Of a stretch of 64,000 nucleotides of DNA, positions 48,430 through 60,675 are shown piece by piece. Origin of the DNA: Anaeromyxobacter sp. (GTDB lineage: Bacteria; Myxococcota; Myxococcia; Myxococcales; Anaeromyxobacteraceae); assembly GCA_049840735.1 (NCBI GenBank), contig JASGJN010000017.1:288001-352000 (forward strand), read 5' to 3'. Under the pieces are notes generated by a model. The model searched no databases. It saw only the letters and a list, made by a program, of their open reading frames with translations, and was not told the origin of the DNA. Within the stretch, counting starts at the first letter, position 1, and every line of letters begins with the position of its first letter. The translations under genes and the position numbers were made by a program.

Positions 48430-51400
48430 CAATTGCCCCAGGTCCCCTGGGAGAAGGCGGACCACATCCCGAACACCACGTTGTCCATCATGTGCTGGTT
48501 CACCATCTCGAGAGGGCTGAGCATGTCGAACCAGCTGACGGGCTGCCCCAGCGCGAGGCCGCCGTCGCTGCCGAGCGTCGGCGGGCGGACAGCTTCGAAG
48601 CCAAACCGCTCTCCAGCCGCGGTTGGGATGCCCCCGAACAGCGAGCCCCCCGAGTAGACCAGCGGGAGGCCAAACCCGCCCAGTCCCCCGGTGGCCGCCA
48701 GGAGGCCGCCCGCCACCCCGGCGGCCAGTCCCCACTCGATCACGTCCTGCCCCGTGGAGAGCACCTCACCCTTCACGAAGTAGGCGTCCACCAGCTCGCC
48801 GGCCCGATCCCGGTTCACGCCGTAGGGCGCGAGGGTCGCCTCGTGGACCCCCGCTGCGTTGAACGTCACCGCGGTGGCCCCGGTGGCGAGCGCCTGCGCA
48901 GAGGCCAGCCCGCCGCCCAGCGAGTGGCCGGTGAAGCTCACGTTCTCCACGCCCACCGCCGCAACCAGCTTGCGGCCGGCCACGATGGCCCGGTCGTACT
49001 GCTCCGCCGACAGGCCCGCTCCCTGGGTCAGGTTGTTCCACCAGTCGACACCGCTCTCGGTGCCCCGGTCGGTCATGATCAGGCGCCCGCCGGGGGCACG
49101 ATAGACCGCGGCCGCATAGCCGGAGCCGTCGTTCCGGAGGTCCTCGTTGCTAAGGTTCAGGTTCGCCAGCTCGCGGTCTCCCAGGCGCTGGTATCCCTCG
49201 GGCAACAGGGCCTCGACCGCCTCGTCGAAGTAGACGTCCGTGCAGAGCAGAGCCCGCTCGAAGACGGGCTTGAAGGCGTCCAGCTTGGCCTGCAGCTTGG
49301 GATCGGGGTGCGCGGCGAGCTCCCTCTCGAGCGCCTCCAGCTGCTCGCGCACGGCGACCATCTGGGCGATCTTGCGGGCGTCGTCGTCCGCCTTGTCGGC
49401 CGCAGTGCCCGCGGCCAGCAGCTGGTCGCGCGCGTCCTCGTAGGCCGCCTTCTGCGCCTCGGTCTGGGGTTCCCAGGGCGCCTGCCACGCCTCCTTGACG
49501 GCCGTCACCAGGCCGTTCGCGAGCGCGTTGCCGAAGGCATCGGCGGCCACCTGCACGAACTCGACCTTGCCCTGACGCGCCAGCGAGGTGGCCGTCCCCG
49601 CGACCACGCCGGACACGGACGCGGTCAGGAAGGCCTTGCCGAAGTCATAGCCCTTCGACGCATCGTAGCCCTGCGCCCAGTCCATGCCCGCCGCGGTGGC
49701 TGAACCCACCGCGCCGCCCACCGAAGCAGCGGCGACATTCCACCAGTCGAAGTTCTCCTGCAGGTGCGCCAGGCAAGCGATGCCCTGCGTGCCGGCGTTC
49801 GCGACGGACGCGCGGAGCGCCGCCAGGGCCGAGGTCGTGACCACGTCGGCGGTCTTCACGATCGAGAACGCCGCCCCCGTGACTGCCGACACCGAGCTGC
49901 CGATGGCCCCCATGGCCACGGCGCCCCAGTCGAACTCCTTTTGCAGGCCGAAGGCCATCCCGGTGAGCTGGCCCGCCGCCGAGCCCACCGCCCCGCCCAG
50001 CGCCGCGGCGCCCACCAGCATCGCGGCGGTGGTGAGCGACGCCGCCCCCGCGATGGCGCTGCCGCCCACCACGGCTGCGCCGGCCCCGAAGACCCCGGCG
50101 CTGGCGCTGACCGCACCCATGGCGATGGCCGCCGCGCCGGCCGTGACCACCGTCGCCACGATGGTGACCACCACCGCCAGGATGATGCCGATCACGCCGC
50201 AGGCGTTGGACTGGGAGGTCGCGGCCGGCGCCGGCAGGTTGGGCGAGGTGTTGCCCACCACCTTGGACGGGTCGTAGGGCTGGAAGGTGCCCGAGTTGTT
50301 CCGCGACCCCGCGGCGCTGCTGGGGATGATGAGCGTCTGCCCGACCCGGAGCTCAGCGTCGCTGCGCACGCCGTTGGCGTCGCCGATCACGTACCAGAGG
50401 CTGGCGTCGCCGTACGCCGCCAGCGCCACCGAGCGCAGCGAGTCGCCCGCCCGCACGGCGTAGGTGCCGACCGCCGCCGAGGGGTAGGCGTTGGTGATGG
50501 CCTGGTAGGTGAGGCCGAAGCTGCCCTGGACGGTGTAGTTGGGGTTCCCGTCCTTGGTCGGATCGTTGGGATCCGTCCCCTGGCCGTAGACGCCGAGCAC
50601 GTTCCCGTCCACCACCAGCTGGCGCAGGACCCGTCCCTCCTGCACCTTCATCAGCACGTGGCCCGCCGAGTCGTTCACGAAGCGGCGGTCGAAGGCGTTC
50701 TTGCTGGTGTCGTCCACCCCGACCAGGAAGCCGTTGACGTCGTAGCTGTCGGTGGTGGTCCCCTTGTTCGAGGCGTTGTCCTCGCGGTACCCCACCACCT
50801 TGCTCTCGCGGTAGCCCTCCAGCTTCGCGAAGGACACGTCGTAGAACAGCCGGATGCCCTCGGAGCCCAGCGAGGTGTAGTGCACCACGTTGCCGGCGGA
50901 GTCGTAGCCGCTGCGCCACTCGTAGACCGGCGAGTAGCCGATGATGGAGGTGGTCGAGCCCCCGTACCCGTAGGACGAGGAGCTGCTGGTGGTGCTGTAG
51001 ATGGGGGTGGTACCGGTCTGGACGCGCTCCTCGTACCGGGTCTCGCTGTCCAGCGAGCCGTTGGCCTTCGTGACCTTCACGGAGCGCAGGCGCCCGTTCT
51101 CGTCGTAGCGCGAGACGCGGACCCGCGCGCCGTTGGCCTCGTCGTCACCGCCGGCCACGGCCGCGATGAAGGACGCAGCGGTACCGCTGGCGATCCCCAC
51201 CTTCACCACCCGCGAGGCGCCGTCGTAGAGCCGCTCGTCCACCGTGAGCGCCGAACCGGCACCGAGCGCGGTCCAGTTCTCGTCGAAGCCGCCCGCCTTC
51301 ACCGCGATGAGCCGGTTCAGCGCGTCGTAGGTGTAGTACTCGTAGGCGATGCCGTCGCGCGCCTGGTAGAGGGCCACGCCGGCGGTGGAGCCGTAGGCGA

Positions 51401-54400
51401 CCTGTGACACCACCTGCTTGCCCCAGGACACGTCCTTGATGCGGTTGCCGTTCTTGTCGTAGCCGAGGATGTGCCCCTGGGCCTGCGTGACGTTGGCCAG
51501 GTCGCCGGCGTCCCCGTTCTTGGCCCCCTCCACCAGGATCTGGCGGTTCATCGCGTCGTACGCGTACCAGAGGTCCTGGCTCTTGCCCGTCGCGTCGTAG
51601 ACCGCGCTCGAGTCCACCGTCCGGTAGGTCTGCACCCGGTAACTCGTGTGCTGGTGGATGCGGTTGCCGACGGCGTCGTACTCGAAGCTGAGCGTCACGC
51701 CGTCGGACGCCTCCACGTTGGCCAGCCGGCCCAGGTTGTCGTAGGAGAGCCGCTGATCCTGGTAGGTGACCAGGCCGCCGTAGCTGGAGTCGATGCCGTA
51801 GTTGGTGGGCGCACCACCGTACTGGACGGTCCGCTCCAGCACCTTCTTGCCGCCCGCGTTGTAGGCGAAGGTGGAGGTCTGCCCCAGCGCGCCGTCGGCG
51901 ATCTGCACCAGCTGGCCCGCGCCGTCGTAGGCGTAGGACAGGGACTGACCGCGCGAGCTGCGCTGGGAGAGGAGCTGTCGCGCGGCGTCGTAGGTGAACT
52001 GGTAGGTCGCACCGCCCAGGTCGGTGTGGCCCTGGAGGAGCCCGAAGCCGTCGTAGCTCCAGCTGGCCAGGGTCCCGTTCGCGTCCAGGCTGCCCAGCTG
52101 CCGGCCAGCCGCGTCGAAGGCGGCCTTGCTCACCTGGCCCATGGGCTGCTTGGTCTCCACCAGGTTGCCGCGGAGAATCGTAGGCGTAGGAGGTGGCTTC
52201 GCCGTCCCCGTTGGTCACGCGGAGCTTGCGGCCCGCCTCGTCGAACACCGTCGCCGTGACCAGGGCCCGGTCGGCCACCTTGGAGACGACGTACGCGTCG
52301 CTGGCGGTGTAGACCGACACCGCCTCGGTGGTGATGGCCGTGTTCCGGCCCAGCTTGTCGAAGCCATAGCCGGTCACGTGGCCCATGGCGTCGGTGACCC
52401 GGACCTGGTTCCCGAACGCGTCGTAGGCGCGGCTGATCACGCCGCCGTCCGCGTGGACTTCGCGCGCCAGCTGTCCGACCGAGTCCCACTCCTGCCGGTT
52501 GACGTTCCCCCTGGCGTCCTGGATGGCCACCTGCCGTCCCAGCGCGTCGTAGGACAGCCGGGTGACCGGGCCGGTGCCGGTGGTGCCGTTGGCCGGCGGA
52601 TCGGTCCGCATCACCATCCGGTCCAGGGCGGAGTAGCTGAACCGGGTCCAGAGCGCGCCTGCCGAGCCGAGGCTGCGGGGCGCGGCCTGGGCGGTGATGT
52701 TGCCCCAGCGGTCGAACTCCTGGTCCACCACCACCCGGTAGGCGGCGGCGTCGGTCGCGTCCTTGCGCTGCGGGAGGAGCTGCCGGACCAGGCGCCCGAG
52801 GGCGTCGTACTGGAAGTCGGTGCGGCGCATGGACGACTGGTCCGCCGCCGCGGCGCTGGCGTAGGTCGCCGCGTCCACAGCGCCCAGGCTGGTGAGCTCG
52901 GCCGCCTGGTGGCCCAGCAGGTCGTACAGGTAGATCTTCACCCGGCCGTCGCCGCTGTTGGTGCGCCAGAGGCGCCCGGCGCCGTCGTACTCGAAGGTCT
53001 CGATGCCCTGGCCGGTGGTGCTGCGCTGCACCAGCTCGCCGAAGGCGTCGTAGGTCGCCGCCACGCGGACCGAGCCGGCGGTGGCCTGGGAGACCGTGGT
53101 GATGGTGCTGCCGCCCACCACGCTGGTGGAGGCCGGCGTCAGGACCGCCGTCTGGCGGCCCAGCGCGTCGTACTGGTAGGCCGTGTAGAGCGTGCGGGTC
53201 ACGCCGTCGTTGCCGGTGACGCCTTGCCACTCCTTGGCCACGTGCCCGGCGCGATCGTAGGACCGGTAGTGGGTGAAGCCTCCGGCGTCGGTGACCGCCC
53301 GGGCCAGGCCGCGAGCGTCGTAGCGGGTCAGGGTGGTCCGATCCAGCGTGGCGCTGGGCGCCGCCGCGGTGCCGGTGGCCGCGGCGCTGGCGCCGTTCGC
53401 GTACTCGGTCTTCACCACCGCGTTGCCGAGGGCGTCGCGGAGGTAGGTGGTGAGGGGGGTGAGCGCGGTGCCGCCGGTGGTGCTGCTCCGGGTCGGCGCG
53501 ACGACGGCGCGGATCTGCCCGCGCGCGTCGTAGACCGTGTAGGTGGTGCCCCCGAGCGCATCGGTGACGGAGGTCCGGTTGCCGACCGCGTCGTAGCCGT
53601 AGGTGGTCGTGAGGTCCCGCCGGGCCGTGACGCCGGCCGCGTCGGTGCACTCGACGGCCTTGCGGGTCTCGGCCACGCGGCGGTTGAGACGGTCGTACTG
53701 GTAGGTCAGCTCGCAATCCAGCGTGGCGCTCTCCACCAGCGACGCCAGGTCATAGGTGGTCCGCCCCGCGACCGTGGTGCCGTCGAGCGCCGTGGCGTAC
53801 TCCCGGCGGCGGACCAGGTCGCCCGAGGCGTCGTAGGCCTGCTCGGTGAGGAACCCGAGCGCATCGACCGTCTTCACCTCCTGGCCGCGCTGGTCGAAGA
53901 CGTGCCGGATGCCCGCCCAGGAGAGCCCGCGGCCGGTGAGCGCCCAGACCTCGACGGCCTGGCCGAAGGCGTCATAGGTGGTCTCGACCACCGCCGACGC
54001 GGAGAAGCCCTCGGAGCCGGTGCCATCGCTCATCCAGGCCTGTGGCTGCGTCACGCGGACGGCCCGACCCATCGCGTCCCGATCGGTGACGATGGCGCGA
54101 TCGGCCTGATGCTGGGCGGCGGTGAGCGCGGCCAGGGCTGCGCCCACCTCTGCGGCCGTCGGGGCGGTGGTGCCGGTGGCGGCGAGCGTCGGCGCAGCGG
54201 CGTAGCGGGTGAGCCGCGTCACCTCGCCGAAGGTGTTGCGCTCGTACCCGGTGACGAACCCCAGCGCGTCCACCTCGAACCGCACGCGCCCCAGGGCGTC
54301 GTGGGCGCGGCAGGTCCGGTTGCCCGCCACGTCGATGTTCACCACCGCGTCGCCGAAGACGTCGTAGACCACCTGGCTGGTGAGCGTGACCGTGGTCTCG

Positions 54401-57400
54401 ACCCGGGCCGCCAGCGCCGTCGCGCCGTTCGAGGCCAGACTGGCCTCGGCCTCGCTGTACACGGCCACCGGCGGATAGGTGGTCTTCACCTGCCGCCCGC
54501 GGGCGTCGTAGGCGTAGGCGGTGGCCCGCTCCTGCCCGGCCAGCCCCGCCGCCTCGATGCGACGGGTCAGGTTGCCGAGCGCGTCGTACTCGAAGCGCGT
54601 GACCACCGCGGTGCTGACCGTGGTCCCGACCACCACCTTGCCGGTGGAGTCGTCCACCGTGGTGACGTCCACGGCCGGGTCGGTCTGCTGCACCAGCCGT
54701 CCCGCAGCGTCGTAGGCGTAGGTCCAGGTGACGCCCTTGGCGTTGGTGGTCGAGAGCCTCCGTCCGGCGCCGTCGTAGGTGCTGGACTCGACCTGCCCCA
54801 GCGCGTCGGTGCGGGCCGAGAGCTGGCTGGCGCCGTCGTAGGCGGAGGTCGTGACCTGGTCGCGCGCCGCGTCCGAGATCAGCGCGGCCGCGATGGCCGC
54901 TCCGCTCGCGCCGGGCGCCAGCCCGACCGTGGCGGTGGCGTAGAGCCGCGTGGAGGCCACCCGGCCCACGCCGTCATAGGACGTGCGGGTCACGTACCCG
55001 AGCGCGTCCACCGTGTAGGCCAGCCGCCCGGCGGCATCGTAGGCCGCCACCGTGGTCCGGTCGGCCCCCGCCGTCTCGACCAACCCGGTCAGATCCCCGT
55101 CCGCCTCCACCGTGAGCGCGCCACCGGCAGCGATGCGGGCCGCGTAGGCGCGGGTGCCCACCACGTTGCCCGCCCCGTCGTACCAGCGGCGGGTCACCGC
55201 GCCGCTCGCGTCCACCTCGTAGATGCGCCGGCCGGCGGCGTCGTAGGCGGCGCTCGAGACGCGCTTTTCGCCGGTACCGGCGACCACCGGCGCCACGGCA
55301 GCGGCCAGGGCCGAGGCATCGGTGGCAGTCGTCGGCGCGGCGATGCGGGTCGCGTAGGCCACCTGCCGCACCACGCTGCCGCCCGCGTTGTAGACGAGCT
55401 GCCGGACGCTTCCCAGTGCATCGACCGAGGTCGTCTGGCGGCCCGCGCGATCGTAGCCGAACAGCGTCACCCGGTCAGCGGCGCTGGCCGCCGCGCTGCT
55501 GGGCGAGGCCGTGGAGGCCACCGCCGTGGCGTAGGCGATCACCTTCACCACGTTGCCGCCCGCGTCGTAGACCCGCTGGGTCACGCCGCCCAGGGCGTCG
55601 GCGGTGAAGGTGAGCCGCTGGGCGGCGTCGTAGACGGAGCGGACGCGCACGTCCAGCGCGGGATCCTTGACCAGCGCCACGTTGGCGGAGAGGGCCGCCT
55701 CGGTGGCCGCGGTGCTGGCCGGGATGTACCTGGCGTAGGCCACCCGCTCCACCACGTTGCCGCAGGCGTCGTACTTCTGCTCCACCACCGCGCCCAGGGC
55801 GTCCAGCGTGAACCGGACCCGGTTGGCCTTGTCGTAGACCGTCCGGACCACCTCGTCGCGGGCCCCATCGGCCGCGGCTGGCGGAGCGGTGCCCGGGGTC
55901 CAGGAGGCCAGCACGATGCGCGTCGCGTAGACCCGCCGCTCGATCACGTTGCCGGCGCCGTCGTACTGGTAGCGCGTCACGCCTCCGGCGCCGTCCACCG
56001 ACCAGACCAGCCGGCCGTCGCGATCGAGCACGCGCCGCTCCACCAGGTCCGGCTGGCCCGCCGCGGCCGGCTGGAGCCGGCCCGCAACGTCCGCCGCGGT
56101 GCAGGCGACGGGCAGCGAGGTCAGCGAGATGACCTTGCCGTAGCGAATGTAGGCGGTGACGCGCCCCTCCGCGTCGTAATCGGTCTTGTGGACGCTGCCG
56201 GTCGCGTCGACCGTGTAGACCAGGCGCCCGCCCGCGTCGTGGACGAAGCGCGTGACGGCGCCGCGCGGATCCGTCCGCGCGACCAGCTGGCCGTTGGCGT
56301 CGTAGGTGAAGGTGTCGGTGAGGACGAGGCCGCCCGGATCCACGGTGGTGGACGTGCGCCGGCCCGCCGCGTCGTAGGCGTGCTGGGTGACGGCACCGCC
56401 GGGCTGGGTGACGGTCAGGAGCCGGCCGCCCAGGTCGTAGGCGTAGCGGGTGACCAGGTTCAGGCCGCCCGGATCGACCGTCTGCGTGAGGACATTGCCG
56501 GCCAGGTCGAAGGCGGTGTCGGTGATCACGCCGCGCGGATCGGTGACCCGGATCCGCTGCCCCTTGGCGTCGTAGGCGTAGCGCGTGACCAGGTTCAGGC
56601 CGGAGGGATCGACCGCGCGGGTGAGGACCCGACCGGCCGCGTCGTAGGTGTAGCGGGTGACCGTGCCGCGGGCGTCGGTCTCCTCGACCAGCTCGTCGCC
56701 GTCGTAGGTGCGCCGGGAAATGGTGCCGTCGGCGGCGGTGGTCTGCGTCAGGTGCCCGTCGGCGTCGTAGGCATGGGCGGTGACATTGCCGCGACCGTCG
56801 GTGACGCGCAGGACCTGGCCATGCCGGGTGCGCTCGGTGACCAGGGTCACGCCCTCCGGCGTGGTCACCGTCACGCTCCGCGCGGCCAGGTCGTAGCGGT
56901 AGCTGGTGACGTTGCCCAGCGCGTCCCGCTGCGTGAGCCTGCCGCCGAAGGCGTCGTAGGTGGTGACCCGCGTCCCGCCCAGCGCATCGACGGTCTGCAC
57001 CACCCGGCCCAGCCGGTCGTAGGTGGAGAGCTCGCGGTCCACGCCGTTCGGGTCGGTGATGCGGACCACCCGGCCGAAGGCGTCGAAGGCGAAGCTGCGG
57101 GTGAGGGCCAGGCCGGCGGGGTCGTCGATGGTGCGGGTGACCAGGCCGCGGCGATCGAAGAGGGCGGTCTCGACCAGCGTGCGTGCGTCCACCTGCTGGG
57201 TGGTCCGGCTCACCTCGCCGAACGCGTTGACCTCGGCGTCGGTGCGCGCCCCCAGCGCGTCGATGCTCGCGATGCGGGCACCGCGGGCGTCATACTCGCT
57301 TCGCTGAGTGGAGTTGCTGCTGGAGGCGCTGCGGGCCGCCGCCAGTGCGGCCGCGGCGGCCGTGTTGGCCGAGCTGGACAGCACGCCACCGACCAGGGCC

Positions 57401-60400
57401 GCCACCGTGGAGGCGGACAGGCGGGTGGCGAAGGCGCTGGTGGACTTGACGTGGCCCAGGGCGTCGTAGGTGGTCTCGGAGACCTCCCCAAGCGCGTTGA
57501 CCGTGAAGCGGAGCCGGCCGGCGTCGTCGTGGAAGAAGGCGGTGCGGCTGCCGGAGGCGTCGGTGGTGCTGATGCGCCGCCCCGCGGCGTCGTAGGCGTG
57601 CTTCACCCCGTGCTCCGCCCACACCGCGTCGATCTGGGCCTGGGTCAGGCCCGCCACGATCAGCGCCGCGCCGGTGGCGGAGAGCTCGGCCGTCACCCTC
57701 CCCTGCACGTCGAAGCGCTGCAGCAGTGTGCGCTGCTCGGTCGTGCCGAGCGCCACGGTGGTGCGGACCAGGTTACCGCTGCCGTCGTACTGGTACTCGG
57801 TGACGGTCCCTTCGGCGTTGGTCTGCCGGGAGAGCCGGCCCAGGGCGTCCCAGGTGGCGGTCGAGACCCCATCGGCAGCCTGGGTGGCCGGACGCAGCGA
57901 CGCCAGCGTTGCGGCGGTGGTGGGCGCGGCCGTGACCTTCCCGGCGTAGCGCCGCGACTGGACCAGCTGACCGTCCAGGTCGTAGGCCAGCTCGGTGAGG
58001 TAGCCCTCGCCGTCCACCTCGGCCACCCTCTGGCCGCGGGCGTCGTAGTACGCGAAGGTCGAGACGTCCCGGGCCGCGTCGGGGTCCACCAGGGCAGCCA
58101 CGTTGCCGCTGGTCCGGGCCGCCGCCACCGCCGCGGCGATGCCGGCAGCGTCGGTGAAGCCGCGCACCTTGGTGGCGTAGGCGATGGTCTGCACCAGCCG
58201 GCCCGAGCCGTCGTAGCGCAGCTCGGTCAGGTACCCCTCGCCGTCGATGGTGCCGCGCAGCCGGCCGTCGCGGTCGAATATCTGGCTGATGACGCGGTCC
58301 GCCGCGCTGGCCGTGACCTGCACCGTCCCCGCCGTCGGGGCCAGCGCCAGGGTCACGCCGATGCCGTTGCCCAGCGCGCTGGTCGGGACGGCGGTCGCGT
58401 AGCGCGTGGTGGAGAGCACGCGCGAGGCCGCGTCGTACTCGGTGCGGGTCACGTAGCCGAGCGCGTCCACCTGCCAAGCCAGCCGCCCGGCGGCGTCGTA
58501 CAGGTACCAGGCCTTGGCGTCCTGCGCGGTGATGGCCGGCCGGAGCGTGGCCAGCGCCGGGCAGGTCGGCGCTCCAGCCCCGTCCACCAGCTTCGAGACG
58601 TCGACCGGGGTGGCGTAGGCGATGGTCTGCGTGAGCTGGCCGGCCGCGTCGTAGGCGAACTCGGTCAGCGCGCCCGCCGACCCCACCTCGGCCACCTTGC
58701 GCCCGGCGGCGTCGTACAGCACCCAGCTCCGCTGGCCGGTGGGGCCCTGCGTCATGAGCAGCCGGCCGTCGGCGTCGTAGCTGTAGCGGGTGGTCCCCAG
58801 GGTGGTTCCAGCGGAGGACTCGACCAGGCTCACCAGCCGGCCCGCGCCGTCGAAGGTCGAGGTCCGGACCAGCCCGCCGGCCAGCGTGACCGAGATCTTC
58901 CCGCCGGCGTCGTCGTAGAGCACCACCGTCGGCAGCGACAGCGTCCCGTCGGAGGAGCGGCTAAGCGAGGAGACCACCCGGCCCAGCCCGTCGTAGACGG
59001 TCTGGGTGAGCCCCTTCCCGTCCGGCGTGACGGTCTGCAGCAGCTGGCCGCGGTCGTCGTACACGTACTGCGTGCTGGCCCCCGTGCCCGCCTTGCCCAC
59101 CCCGGTCGCGTCCACCTCGGCGTAGACCGTGGAGAGCTTCAGCTGGCCGCGCAGGTCGTAGGCGTAATCGGTGCGGGTGGTGCGGGTCAGGTCCTGCGCC
59201 GCCGCCCAGGCCTGCAGCTGGGCCTCGGTCGGCACCGCCGTCTCGGCCAGTGCGGAGACGTCGTAGACCGCGCCGCGGTACTCGATGGCGGCCGTCCGCT
59301 GCCCGGCCGCGTCGTACCGGTACTCCGTCACCCGCCCCTCGGCGCTGAGGACGAAGCGGAGCAGGCCGCGCTGGGCGGCGTCGCGGACGTAGCGGGTGGT
59401 GAGCGGCTGCGTGGCCCCGGCGCCGGCCTGGGCCGACTCGGTGAGGAGCTGGTTGCGCGCGTCGTAGGTGCGCTCCAGCGTGTTCCCGGCCGCGTCGACC
59501 TGCCGGAGCAGGTTGCCGCTGGCATCGTAGGTCATGGCCACCGTGCGGCCCAGGCCGTCGACGATGGAGGCGACGTCGCCCAGCGCCGTGTAGGCGTAGT
59601 CGAGCCGCGTGAGGCCGGCCGGGTTGCCCACCGTGACCCCGCTGCGGACCTGCGTCAGCTGCCCCTTGGCGTCGTGCTGGTAGACCGTGGCGACGCCCAG
59701 CGGGTCGGTGACCGTGGTCTTGCCCGCCGCGGCGTCGTAGGCGAACTGCGTCACCTTCTCTTCGCCGTCGGTGACCGAGGCGACCTTGTAGAGGCCGTCC
59801 AGCAGCACGTAGGTGAAGCTGAGCGTTGTGCCGTCGCCCTGGGTGAGGGAGGCGATGCGGTTGCTGGTCCCGTCGTAGGCGTAGGTCGTCTTGAAGACCG
59901 TCCCCGTCTCGCCCGCCGCCACCGCGGCCTGGCTGCGCGGGTTCAGGACCACGCTGACCGACTCGAGCCGGTTGAGCGCGTCGTAGCCGTAGGAGACGTC
60001 CAGGACCGTGAGCGCGCCATCGATCGAGAGCACCGTGCGGACCTCGAGCAGGTTGCGCCCGCTCGGCCCACCGTAGGTGAAGGTGATCGACTCCCCGCTG
60101 GCGCTGCTGATGCGCGTGAGCAGGTTGGAGGCGTCGTAGCCGTAGGTGAGCGCGTTCCCGCTCGCGTCCACCGAGGTCAGGATCCGCCCGAAGCTCCCCG
60201 CCTGATAGGTCTCGCGCCCGCCCAAGGCGCCGTCCGTCCAAGTGTAGGTGCCGTCGGCGTTGACGACGATGGCGTCGCGCGCCGAGCCCGCCGTCACCGA
60301 GGCCAGGTAGGCCTGCCGGGTCGCGTCCCAGAGGTAGTCGCAGAACGAGCCGTCCGCGTCATGCCGCCGCAGCTTCCCGCCGCCCAGGTCCTCGATGGCC

Positions 60401-60669
60401 CGCGTAGGCGCGCCCTGCCAGCCGTCGCCGTTGCCGTCGAAGTCGTAGCCGCCCTGGCTGTTGTAGGTGCGCAGCGCCGTCGCATCCGGCCCCCGCCCCG
60501 CCAGCAGCACGTCCGCGCGCTGCAGGACCAGATTGCCGGTGAAGGCGTTGACGTAGGCCCGCTCGCCGCCCTGCCCCTGCGCCGCCGAGCCCGACTGCCC
60601 CCGCAGACCGAGCGCGGAGAGCGAGCTGAGGTTGAGGCCGAGCGAATTCCCCGAAAAGACTGCGACCAT
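48429..60669 (-). CDS. Giant (~4,080 aa) YD-repeat/Rhs-like protein with LysM, hydrophobic region and C-terminal lipase toxin domain; 1-nt frameshift at 52176-52177
   Basis: N-terminal VNAFTGNLV...LRTYNS (DUF6531-like) and dozens of YDxxGR repeats. Removing one base restores YDLRGNLVETKQ and joins the two ORFs. LysM near 50322-50462; GHSLGGGLA near 48915. Confidence 0.9.
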
Positions 60670-60675
60670 GCGTCA

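Noticed and set aside
52170..52185. Programmed frameshift splitting the giant gene
   Set aside because: No slippery heptamer; one extra base explains it, and similar errors occur throughout the window.
48429..60669. T6SS-delivered Rhs effector
   Set aside because: No PAAR, VgrG, Hcp or EagR-type gene or domain is visible in the window.
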